Assembly (NCBI RefSeq): GCF_046119375.1 | Contig: NW_027362769.1 | Location: forward strand, 186,496,001 to 186,560,000 | Source: Phyllobates terribilis | Taxonomy: Eukaryota | Direction: 5' to 3' | DNA length: 64,000 nucleotides | In this document: positions 49,346 to 60,037 of the stretch, in pieces | How positions within the stretch are numbered: the first letter of the stretch is position 1 | Layout: the number at the start of each line of letters is the position of its first letter | Program-made: the position numbers and the translations under genes | Notes under the pieces: generated by a model | The model's database searches: none | The model's input: the letters and a program-made list of their open reading frames with translations, nothing else | Told to the model about the DNA's origin: nothing

Positions 49346-51099
49346 CCAACCTTTTCTTCCCTTCCCCCAGGTTTTCTGACAAGTAAATAGTTGAAAACTT
49401 TTAGATATTTTCTCTAATAACCCCCCACGACAGCACACAGGAGGATGTAACCCCACCCTAATAGGGACAGGAAATACGAAGAGGTTTAAATAGCCCCCCG
49501 CCACATCCTCCCTCCAGTGTTATTTCCTGTCCCTGTCAGGGATGAAGAGGTCATCCCCGGTGTGCTGGGCCGATGACAGGCACTGGGGGAAAGCTACTAG
49601 CTGGGCAGCGGAGGATCGAGCGGTCTTTACCTCTCCTCCGCACGGCACTGCTCCCATCTCCTCCGGATTCGGGACCCCCTCCTGCAGTCCGTGCTCTCGG
49701 GCAAGGTCTGCAGGATCTTCTGACCGGAGGCCTCTGAGCTCTCCGGTCCATCTCCTCCCCCTCTCCCCCTCTGGATGCGTGGGCGATGCCTGCTCCCGGA
49801 TGTGGAGCGCACGCAGCGGCGCCGGAAGTGACGCCGGGCGGTGGATGATGACGTCACTTCCGGCAGTTTGCGTTCCACTGTGAACCGCATCAAAAAGCTA
49901 TGGGTGAAGAAGAGCGGAATGCCGCCGGTGATCAGAAATCTTCACCTGGACACCGGGGGAGGAGCCCTCTAAACAGAGGGAGGCGCTGGTCCGGTCACCC
50001 ATAAAAGGAGCCCTGGACAGGAAGACATCTACAGGTAGGACAAAACCATGGCTGTTGAAGCTTCTCGCTCTGCATCTGTAGAGCCCAGCGCCGGTCCGGT
50101 CCCAGTAAGTATGGCACTGGTAGTCCATCTCCCAGATGCAGGAAATAGTGATTATAGCTCCCCTCTCCTTCTCCCCTCTCTTGTAGGGGGACAAGGAACC
50201 TGCATCTGGAGAAAAAGTTAAACCGTCACGCAGATGTCCCATCTGTACAAAAAAACGATCGTCCTACCATAGAAAGCCCCTATGCAAGGACTGTACGGAG
50301 AAGATTATCAGGCAGGAACAACCTTCCTTAATGGAGGAGATAAAGGGGATTGTACGTCAGGAGATCAAATGCTTCTTAGCCTTGGTCACTTTCCCTACGC
50401 CCTCACCTTGTCAAGGTTCTACATCTACTCCCTCAGCAGCCAAAAAGAGGAAGATTAGCCCGCCAGAGGGTGGGGAGGAAGACTCTCAAGAGGAGATGTA
50501 TATCTCGGAAGATCTTCCAGAGGAAGGTGAACTAAATCCAACCCCTGATAACTCCCAACGAGAGAGATATTATTTTCCATCAGATAGTTTGGAGGAACTC
50601 CACATGGCAGTAAGGAGAACTATGGAGGTCGAGGAAGAAAAAGTGCCCCAAACAGTACAGGATCAGATGTTTGGGGGGCTACGTTCCAGGAAAAAAATTG
50701 GTGTTCCCTATACACCAGAGTATTAGGGACTTAGTCTTAGAAGAGTGGGAATCTCCAGAAAAGAGATTAAATACCCCTACAGAGTTAAGGGATAGATTTC
50801 CTGTAGACAATGAGACGGCAGAATGCTGGTCTGAAGTCCCAAGAGTGGATATCCAAATTGCACAAGTAGCAAAGAAAACCACACTGCCCTTTGAAGATTC
50901 CTCTCAATTAAAAGACCCCTTGGAACGCAAAATGGAGGGACTACTCAGAAAATCCTGGGAGACCTCGGCAACACTATTAAGCACCAACGCAGTATCTACG
51001 GGCGTAGCTCGATCAATGGCTCGTTGGCTAGATCAACTGGAGGAACACCTAGTTTCAGGGACCCCCAGAGAAGACATCTTGGCATCCCTACCGCTTCTA

Positions 51100-52667
51100 C
51101 AGTCATGGCCAAAAGTATTGAGAATGAGACAAATAGTAATTTTTCCAAAGTTTACTGCTTCATTTTTTGTAATGGCAATTTGCATATACTCCTGAATGTC
51201 AGAGTGATCAGCTTAACAGCAATTACTGTACTTGCAAAGTCAATATTTGCCCAGAAAATGAACTTTAACCCCCAAAACACATTTCACCATCATTGCAGTC
51301 CTGCCTTAAAAGGAGCAGCTAACATCGTTTTAGTGATTGATCCATTAACACAGGTGTGGGTGTTGATGAGGACAGGGCTGGCGATCAATCAGTCATGATT
51401 AAGTAAGAATGACATCACTGGACACTTTAAAAGGAGGCTGGTTCTTGGTATCATTGTTTCTCTTCAGTTAACCATGGTTATCTCTAAAGAAACACGTGCA
51501 GCCATCATTGCACTGCACAAAAATGGCCTAACAGGGAAGAGTATCGCAGCTACAAAGATTGCACCTCAGTCAACAATCTATTGCATCATCAAGAACTTCA
51601 AGGAGAGTGCTTCCATTGTTTTCAAAAAGGCTCCAGGGCGCCCAAGAAAGACCAGCAAGCGCCAGGACCGTATCTTAAAACTGTTTCAGCTGCGGGATCG
51701 GACTACCAGCAGTGCCGAGCTTGCTCAGGAACGGCAGCAGGCTGGTGTGAGTGCTTCTGCACGCACTGTGAGGCGGAGACTCTTTGAGCAAGGGCTGGTT
51801 TCAAGGAGGGCAGCAAAGAAGCCACTTCTCTCCAGAAAAAACATCAGGGACCGACTGATATTCTGCAAAAGGTACAGGGAGTGGACTGCTGAGGACTGGG
51901 GCAAAGTCATTTTCTCTGATGAATCCCCTTTTCGATTGTTTGGGACATCTGGAAAACAGCTTATTCGGAGAAGAAGAGGTGAGCGCTACCACCAGTCTTG
52001 TCTCATGCCAACTGTAAAGCATCCTGAAACCATTCATGTGTGGGGTTGCTTCTCAGCCAAGGGAATCGGCTCACTCACAGTCTTGCCTAAAAACACAGCC
52101 ATGAATAAAGAATGGTACCAGAATGTCCTCCAAGAGCAACTTCTCCCAACCGTCCAAGAGCAGTTTGGCGCCCAGCAATGCCTTTTCCAGCATGATGGAG
52201 CACCTTGCCATAAAGCAAAGGTGATAACTAAATGGCTCATGGAACAAAACATAGAGATTTTGGGTCCATGGCCTGGAAACTCCCCAGATCTTAATCCCAT
52301 TGAGAACTTGGGGTCAATCATCAAGAGACGGGTGGACAAACAAAAACCAACAAATTCTGGCAAAATGCAAGCATTGATTATGCAAGAATGGACTGCTATT
52401 AGTCAGGATTTGGTCCAAAAGTTGATTGAGAGCATGCCAGGGAGAATTACAGAGGTCTTGAAGAAGAAGGGGCAACACTGCAAATATTGACTTGCTGCAT
52501 TAACTCATTCTAACTGTCAATATAACCTATTGGTCCTCATAATATGATTGTAATTATATTTCTGTATGTGATATAAACATCAGACAAACACTAATAAAAA
52601 CCAGAGGCCAGCAGATCATGTGAAAATATAATTTTGGTGTCATTCTCCAAACTTTTGGCCATGACTG
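51100..52667 (+). mobile_element. Tc1/mariner DD35E (Traveler-type) element, full length, inserted in DIRS gag
   Basis: TA|CAGTCATGGCCAAAAGT ... ACTTTTGGCCATGACTG|TA; removing it restores gag LPLLQKATGFL. Confidence 0.95.
51474..52490 (+). CDS. Tc1 transposase, uninterrupted 338 aa, DD35E
   Basis: GRPR motif; FSDES, FQHDGAPCH, PGNSPDLNPIEN; 35 residues between the second D and the E. Confidence 0.93.
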   Translation: MVISKETRAAIIALHKNGLTGKSIAATKIAPQSTIYCIIKNFKESASIVFKKAPGRPRKTSKRQDRILKLFQLRDRTTSSAELAQERQQAGVSASARTVRRRLFEQGLVSRRAAKKPLLSRKNIRDRLIFCKRYREWTAEDWGKVIFSDESPFRLFGTSGKQLIRRRRGERYHQSCLMPTVKHPETIHVWGCFSAKGIGSLTVLPKNTAMNKEWYQNVLQEQLLPTVQEQFGAQQCLFQHDGAPCHKAKVITKWLMEQNIEILGPWPGNSPDLNPIENLGSIIKRRVDKQKPTNSGKMQALIMQEWTAISQDLVQKLIESMPGRITEVLKKKGQHCKY

Positions 52668-53054
52668 TACAGAAGGCTACAGGGTTTTTAGCAGACGCCT
52701 CTGCAGAATCCGTGAGTGGCGGCAAGAGCATCTGCGCTATCAAACTCTGTAAGAAGGGCCCTATGGTTGAAATCCTGGAATGGCGACGTGGCATCAAAAA
52801 TGAAGTTGTGTTCCATCCCCTTTAAGGGGAAATACATGTTCGGGCCAGCCCTAGATGATCTTCTAGAGAAGGACTCAGACAAGAAGAAGGCCCTCCTGGA
52901 ACCTAGGAATGTGAGGAAGAGGCCTTTTCGTCCCTCCCAAGAGCAGACCCCTCAATATAGGGGTAAAGGCAAAACAGGACGATGGAGCTACCCAAAAGGT
53001 AGAGGAGGCAAAAATCTTTTTCTCTCCCAAAACCAACGTCCGAACAGACCATGA

Positions 53055-54900
53055 CGTCAGGACAGTCGGGGGCCGCATCTCGAATTTTCTCCCTCAGTGG
53101 AAAGAAATCTGCTCAGACCCATGGGTCCTGAGGGTTGTCGAGTTCGGAGTACAAATAAATTTCTCCTCCTATCCTCCAGAGAGGATAAGGTTAACACCGC
53201 TCTCCTCTGAGTCGTCAGGCCACCCCGATATCCGGTCTTTCAGACCTATTGTCCTCAGGGGTGATATCCCTGGTTCCTACAAGGGAGATAGGCACAGGAC
53301 ATTATTCCAGACTCTTCCTAATAAAAAAAACAAATGGCTCACACCGAGTTATAATCAATCTAAGGCCACTGAATCAGTATGTCCACTACCAATGATTCAA
53401 GATGGAATCCATCAGGTCGACGGTCCCCCTGATAGGACAGGACCATGTCATGGCCACAATCGACCTCCAGGATGCATATTACCACATCCCCATACATCCA
53501 CTTCACAGGAGGTTCCTAAGATTCGCAGTGGCTCAGGGGGATCAACTAGTCCACTATCAATTCAATGTTCTCCCATTTGGAATTTCATCAGCCCCGCAAA
53601 TATTTACAAAAGTCATGGCGAAATCATGGCTTATATCAGGGGTCAGAACATTTCAATAGTACCATACCTCGACGACCTGTTATTAATTGGGCCCTCAGTA
53701 CCAGTACTCCGAGAACATCTACAGTTGACCACTCAGATCCTCTCATCTCTGGGCTGATTAGTGAACCAGAAAAAAATGAGAGATGGTTCCCTCCATGACA
53801 AAATAATTTCTAGAAGTACTATTGGATTCCCACAGCCAGATGTCATTCCTGCCCAAACAAAAGACAGGTCATGATGAAAGCAAAAATCGATGTCCTAAGG
53901 AGCAGAAGATCAGTATCATTAAGAGACGCCATGTCGGTCCTCGGGTCTATGACATCCTGTATTCAGATGGTGGCCTCGGCTCAGGCGCATACCCGAACAT
54001 TAAAGACCCACATCCTTACGAATTGGGACGGGTCCCCACGGTCTCTGAACAGGAGAATCCCTATACCACCACGAGTAAGGACTTCTCTATTCTGGTGGCT
54101 GAACGGAAAAAAATCTTAACAGAGGAGTACCATGGATCCAGAATCCGCTGGTAACCATAAAGGTGGATGCCAGCAAGAAGGGATGGGGGGAGCCTTGGTC
54201 TCCCAAGAGCTATTCCAGGGTATATGGACCAAAGAGGTGAGCCAGCGCTTATCAAATTTCAGAGAACTAAAGGCCGTAGAGGAAGTCCTCAGAGCAGCAG
54301 AGCCTCTGGTCCAGAAATCTCACATTCAGATATTTTCAGACAATATCACCACGGTAGCCCACCTTCGTCATCAAGGGGGAACAACATACGAAAGCTTAAA
54401 AGCAATCTCAGCAAGAATGTTCTCCTGGGCCGAAGAACATCTTCTATCCTTGTCGGCTCTTCATATGAAAGGTTCAGTCAATATCCAGGCCGACTTCTTA
54501 AGCAGAACAAAGATTCATCCAGGAGAGTGGAGCCTAAGCCCAGACGTCTTCCAGATGTTAGTCGAGAGATGGGGCTATCCAGAGGTAGATCTCTTCGCCA
54601 GACACCAGAACGCGAAAGTACCTCAATATTTCTCCCTGGATCCAAACGGCCCTTGCCTGGGCGTGGACGCATTCGCTTACAAATGGGAGTTCAAACTAGC
54701 GTATGCCTTTCCCCCACTACCTATCCTTTCAAAAACCTTACAGAAGATAAGGACCGAAGGGACCAGAGTAATCCTAGTGGCCCATCGCTGGCCAAAAAGA
54801 AGTTGGTTCGGAACGTTAACCAGTCTTGAGTGTGGAGACCCCTCTAATCCTTCCTCCCATCAAGGATCTCCTTCTTCAGGGACCGATTCCCCATCCGGAT
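53055..54900 (+). pseudogene. DIRS reverse transcriptase / RNase H / methyltransferase-like ORF, disrupted
   Basis: FKMESIRS...IDLQDAYYHIPI...LPFGISSAPQIFTK...VPYLDD; VDLFARHQNAK...AYAFPP. Confidence 0.9.
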
Positions 54901-55925
54901 CCCGAGAGACTACACCTAACTGCCTGGTTTCTGAATTCCTGATATTAAAAACAAGAGGCCTCTCAGAGAAAGTCATCAAAACTCTCCAGAAGAGCAGGAA
55001 ACCTGTAACGAACACCATTTACCATAAGGTCTGGAAAACCTTCTTAAGGTGGTGTGCACCCACTCGCCCAGACCCTCATAGGGCTGATGTGGCTCAGATT
55101 CTAGACTTTTTACAAGCAGGTCTGGACAAAGGTCTCAGACCTAGTACTCTTAAGGTCCAGGTAGCAGCGTTAAGTTCATACTTCGATCAAAGACTAGCGG
55201 AACATCAGTGGGTGAGAAGATTTATGACAGCAGCCACCCGCATCCACCCTAGAGTAACAGACCTGGTTCCCCCCTGGGACCTTAACATTGTTCTGAAAGG
55301 GTTAACCCTTCCACCCTTTGAGCCCTTATCAACCATAAGACTGGACAGGCTGACCTGGAAAACTGCTTTCCTGGTGACAATAACTAAAGCCAGAAGAGTG
55401 TGTGAACTACAGGCCCTTTAGGTCAATGAACCCTACCTGAGAATCCTGGAAGATCGTCTAATTTTCCAACTTGACCCTTCATTTCTACCTAAGGTGGTCT
55501 CAAATTTCCACAGATCTCAGGAGATAATCCTTCCATCTTTTTGTGACAACCCAAAAGACAAAAAAGAGATGGAATTCCACACTCTGGACGTTCGGAGAAT
55601 AGTACTGCGCTATCTTCAGGAAACAGAAGAAGGAAGGAAAGACAAGAACCTATTTGTCCATACACAAGGTCCAAACAGAGGAAAGAAAGCCGCAAAATCC
55701 ACAATAGCCAACTGGATTAAGGGCGATTACGAAGGCTTACCAGATCCAGGATCTACCTGCTCCAGCAAAGCTCAAGGCCCATTCTACAAGGGCAATATCT
55801 GTCTCCTGGGCTGAAAAAGCCAGCGCATCCATCGAATGGATCTGCAGAGCTGCCACATGGTCCTCAATTCATACTTTCTCCAAACACTGCAGACTAGATC
55901 TAATGTCTGTTGGAGATTTAGCCTT
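54900..55925 (+). pseudogene. DIRS tyrosine recombinase, disrupted
   Basis: FLQAGLDKGLRPSTLKVQVAAL...KARRVCELQAL*...FHTLDVRR...AATWSSIHTFSKHCRLDL (expected catalytic Tyr reads Cys). Confidence 0.88.
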
Positions 55926-56776
55926 CGGAAGGAAGGTCCTTCAGGCTATTCTCCCTCCCTAGTATATCTTTGGTATACCTCCTGTGTGCTGTCGTGGGGG
56001 GTTATTAGAGAAAATAGAATTAGACTTACCGGTAATTCGGTTTCTAATAACCCACCACGACAGCACGGGTTATTCCCTCCCCCTCGCTTGTTTCTACGAC
56101 AGCTTGATCGGTAGAAATAACAATTAATTTGAAGCATCTATACTCTTGTGGTCCTTTGTAATAACACTGGAGGGAGGATGTGGGGGGGCTATTTAAACCT
56201 CTTTGTATTTCCTGTCCCTATTAGGGTGGGGTTTCAACCTCCTGTGAGCTGTCATGGTGGGTTATTAGAAGCCGAATTACCGCTAAGTCTAATTCTATTT
56301 TTTCTTCTCCGCGGAAGATGAATAAACGGCCGGGGAATGGTGGAAATACGAGTCTCCCGGTCACTGTCAGCCTCTGAAACCGCAGGCCCCGGTGTGAGCA
56401 TCATGTGATCGTGGCCAGGAAGCAGCTGTGCGCCCCCTCATGTCTCGCTGCACCTGACAACCCCTGAAATAGCTGCCAGCAGCCACAGACTGCTCACAAC
56501 TGAGGGCTTGTTGCATTTAGCTGGTCCAAACTGTCACATTGTAACAGCACAATCTGCCTCCTGCACTGATACAATGCAACAAACACTCAGCAGTGTGAGC
56601 AGGACTGGGAGATCACAGAGTGGACACAGTATTACTGTGATCCCAGTGCCAGCGGCTCAAAACGACCTGACAGCATATTGTGACCTCTGTCCAGGGGTGC
56701 TTATTCTGCGTCCTCACCCTGTAGCCTCTCCTGCCCATCACTGCAGACTGACATCATGTCCTCTTCTCTTCACCAG

Positions 56777-56871
56777 ATGATTTCAAGCCGGCCTCCATCG
56801 ACACGTCCTGCGAAGGCGACCTGGTGGTGGGGAAAGGGGAGCAGGTGACCATAACCCTCCCCAATCTGGAG
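56777..56871 (+). CDS. EAF2: EAF2 coding exon 2 (95 nt)
   Basis: ctcttctcttcaccag| (Y)[31 protein letters not shown] |gtaaat; phase 1 matches exon 1. Confidence 0.96.
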
Positions 56872-56914
56872 GTAAATGTCCATAGAAGCACCAGATACTG
56901 TGATATATTATATA

Positions 56915-58660
56915 TAGCGGCAGTATTATAGTAGTTATATTCTTGTACATAGGGGGCAGTATTATAGTAGATATATTCTTGTACATAGGGACAGTATTAT
57001 AGTAGCTATATTCTTGTATATAAGGGGCAGTATTATAGTAGTTATATTCTTGTACATAGAGGCAGTATTATAGTAGTTATATTCTTGTATATAAGGGGCA
57101 GTATTATAGTAGTTATATTCTTGTACATAGAGGCAGTATTATAGTAGTTATATTCTTGTAAATAGGGGCAGTATTATAGTGGTTATATTCTTGTACATAG
57201 GGAGCAGTAGTATAGTAGTTATATTCTTGTACATAGGGGCAGTATTACAGTAGTTATATTCTTGTACATAGGGGCAGTATTACAGTAGTTATATTCTTGT
57301 ACATAGGGGCAGTATTACAGTAGTTATATTCTTGTACATAGGGGCAGTATTATAGTAGTTATATTCTTGTACATAGGAGCAGTATTATAGTAGTTATATT
57401 CTTGTAAATAGGGGCAGTATTATAGTAGTTATATTCTTGTACATAGGGGCAGTATTACAGTAGTTATATTCTTGTACATAGGGGCAGTATTATAGTAGTT
57501 ATATTCTTGTACATAGGAGCAGTATTATAGTAGTTCTATTCTTGTAAATAGGGGCAGTATTATAGTAGTTATATTCTTGTACATAGGGGCAGTATTACAG
57601 TAGTTATATTCTTGTACATAGGGGCAGTATTATAGTAGTTATATTCTTGTACATAGGAGCAGTATTATAGTAGTTCTATTCTTGTACATAGGAGCAGTAT
57701 TATAGTAGTTATATTCTTGTACATAGGGGGCAGTATTATAGTAGTTATATTCTTGTACATAGGGGGCAGTATTATAGTAGGTATATTCTTGTACATAGGA
57801 GCAGTATTATAGTAGTTATATTCTTGTATATAGGGGGCAGTATTATAGTAGTTATATTCTTGTACATAGGGGGCAGTATTATAGTAGGTATATTCTTGTA
57901 CATAGGGGGCAGTATTATAGTAGGTATATTCTTGTATATAGGGGGCAGTATTATAGTAGGTATATTCTTGTACATAGGGGGCAGTATTATAGTAGTTATA
58001 TTCTTGTACATAGGGGCAGTATTATAGTAGTTATATTCTTGTACATAGGGGGCAGTATTATAGTAGTTATATTCTTGTACATAGAGGCAGTATTATAGTA
58101 GTTATATTCTTGTAAATAGGGGCACTATTATAGTGGTTATATTCTTGTACATAGGGAGCAGTAGTATAGTAGTTATATTCTTGTACATAGGGGCAGTATT
58201 ATAGTGGTTATATTCTTGTACATAGGGGCAGTATTATAGTAGTTATATTCTTGTACATAGGGGGCAGTATTATAGTAGTTATATTCTTGTATATAGGGGG
58301 CAGTATTATAGTAGTTATATTCTTGTACATAGGGGGCAGTATTATAGTAGTTATATTCTTGTACATAGAGGGCAGTATTATAGTAGTTATATTCTTGTAC
58401 ATAGGGGGCAGTATTATAGTAGTTATATTCTTGTACATAGGGGGCAGTATTATAGTAGTTATATTCTTGTACATAGGGACAGTATTATAGTAGTTATATT
58501 CTTGTACATAGGGCAGTATTATAGTAGTTATATTCTTGTACATAGGGGGCAGTATTATAGTAGTTATACTCTTGTGCGTAGGGGGCAGCATTATAGCAGT
58601 TATACTCTTGTGCGTAGGGGGCAGCATTATAGCAGTTATACTCTTGTGCGTAGGGGGCAG
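56915..58660. repeat. 35-36 bp tandem array, about 48 copies
   Basis: Unit AGTATTATAGTAGTTATATTCTTGTACATAGGGGGC; the last three units are diverged. Confidence 0.96.
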
Positions 58661-59099
58661 CATTAAAGTCAGGGCTGGACATACTGCTGGTGCAATTGGA
58701 CCGAGGCCCAGAGGTGGTGGGGGGCCTTTGCAGCCGCAGGGGCATACTGCCAATAGGAGCAGACCACTCAGCAGCTATGCGGCTACTCAGTCAAGATTAC
58801 ATGTGGGAGAGGGGCCTGATGTCAAGCAGCACGGTGGGCCCCTCTCAGTCCTGCCTGTATCATTCTGACCCAGAGCCAGTGAGAGAGCGGTGCGCAGGAA
58901 TTCAAAAAGGGGGCCGTGTCATTCAGGGAGAGAGAAGCCACCAATGAACTCTTCCCCCACCAGACTGATGAGCGCTTACTGGCTGCAGCCTCTGGCCTCC
59001 TGCATGGCGCCTCCCAATGGTGAGTGTTCACCTGTAGTCAGAGGGCCCAGGACGCACAGCGAGCAGGACTTAGAGTGGGTCTTCTGCTTCTTCAGTTCA

Positions 59100-60037
59100 A
59101 AATTGTACATTCAAACTGAAGGCATCAAAACTATGAATTACCACATGTGGAATTATATACTTAACAAAAAAGTGTGAAACAACTGAAAATATGTCTTATA
59201 TTCTAGGGTCTTCACAGTAGCCACCTTTTGCTTTGATGACTGCTGTGCACACTCTTGGCATTCTCTTGATGAGCTTCAAGAGGTAGTCACCGGAAATGGT
59301 CTTCCAACAATCTTGAAGGAGTTCCCAGAGATGCTCAGCACTTGTTGGCCCTTTTGCCTTCACTCTGCGGTCCAGCTCACCCCAAACCATCTCGATTGGG
59401 TTCAGGTCTGGTGACTGTGGAGGCCAGGTCATCTGGCGTAGCCCCCCCATCACTCTCCTTCTTGGTCAAATAGCCCTTACACAGCCTGGAGGTGTTTGGG
59501 GTCATTGTCCTGTTGAAAAATAAATGATGGTCCAACTAAACGCAAACCGGGTGGAATAGCATGCCGCTGCAAGATGCTGTGGTAGCCATGCTGGTTCAGT
59601 ATGCCTTCAATTTTGAATAAATCCCCAACAGTGTCACCAGCAAAGCCCCCCACACCATCACACCTCCTCCTCCATGCTTCACGATGGGAACCAGGCATGT
59701 AGAGTCCATCCGTTCACCTTTTCTGCGTCGCACAAAGACCCGGTGGCTGGAAACAAAGATCTCAAATTTGGACTCATCAGACCAAAGCACAGATTTCCAC
59801 TGGTCTAATGTCCATTCCTTGTGTTCTTTAGCCCAAACAAGTCTCTTCTGCTTGTTGCCTGTCCTTAGCAGTGGTTTCCTAGCAGCTATTTTACCATGAA
59901 GGCCTGCTGCACAAAGTCTCCTCTTAACAGTTGTTGTAGAGATGTGTCTGCTGCTAGAACTCTGTGTGGCATTTACCTGGTCTCTAATCTGAGCTGCGGT
60001 TAACCTGCGATTTCTGAGGCTGGTGACTCGGATAAAC
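59100..60037 (-). mobile_element. Tc1 element, 3' portion, cut by DIRS element 2
   Basis: KFIRVTSLRNRRLTAAQIR...WSDESKFEIF...KHGGGGVMVWG; QQDNDPKH; WPPQSPDLNPIEMVWGEL; frameshifted. Confidence 0.88.

Larger units (their letters stand above)
50048..53054 (+). pseudogene. DIRS gag-like ORF1 (predicted spliced 50048-50104 + 50187 onward), interrupted by a Tc1 and a frameshift
   Basis: CPIC-x12-CKDC knuckle; EWESPEKR...PRVDIQIAQVAKKTTLPFEDSSQLKDPLERK; LWLKSWNGDVASKMKLCSIPFKGKYMFGPALDDLL. Confidence 0.8.
49408..56297 (+). mobile_element. DIRS1-type tyrosine-recombinase retrotransposon, structurally complete, coding-defective (element 1)
   Basis: Left ITR about 49408-49524; right ITR about 56160-56297; ICR 55981-56039 is complementary to both outer ends; gag, RT, RNase H, methyltransferase-like and YR regions in order; no TSD, T-run target. 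Confidence 0.93.

Noticed and set aside
47595-56871. Assignment as EAF1
   Set aside because: ERVLKLGESFEKQPRC and [10 protein letters not shown] match EAF2, and linkage to IQCB1 is the EAF2 locus.
58660-59100. Possible EAF2 exon 3
   Set aside because: No frame encodes the expected GSTPPVTVFKGSKKPY-like sequence; exon 3 must lie beyond the window.
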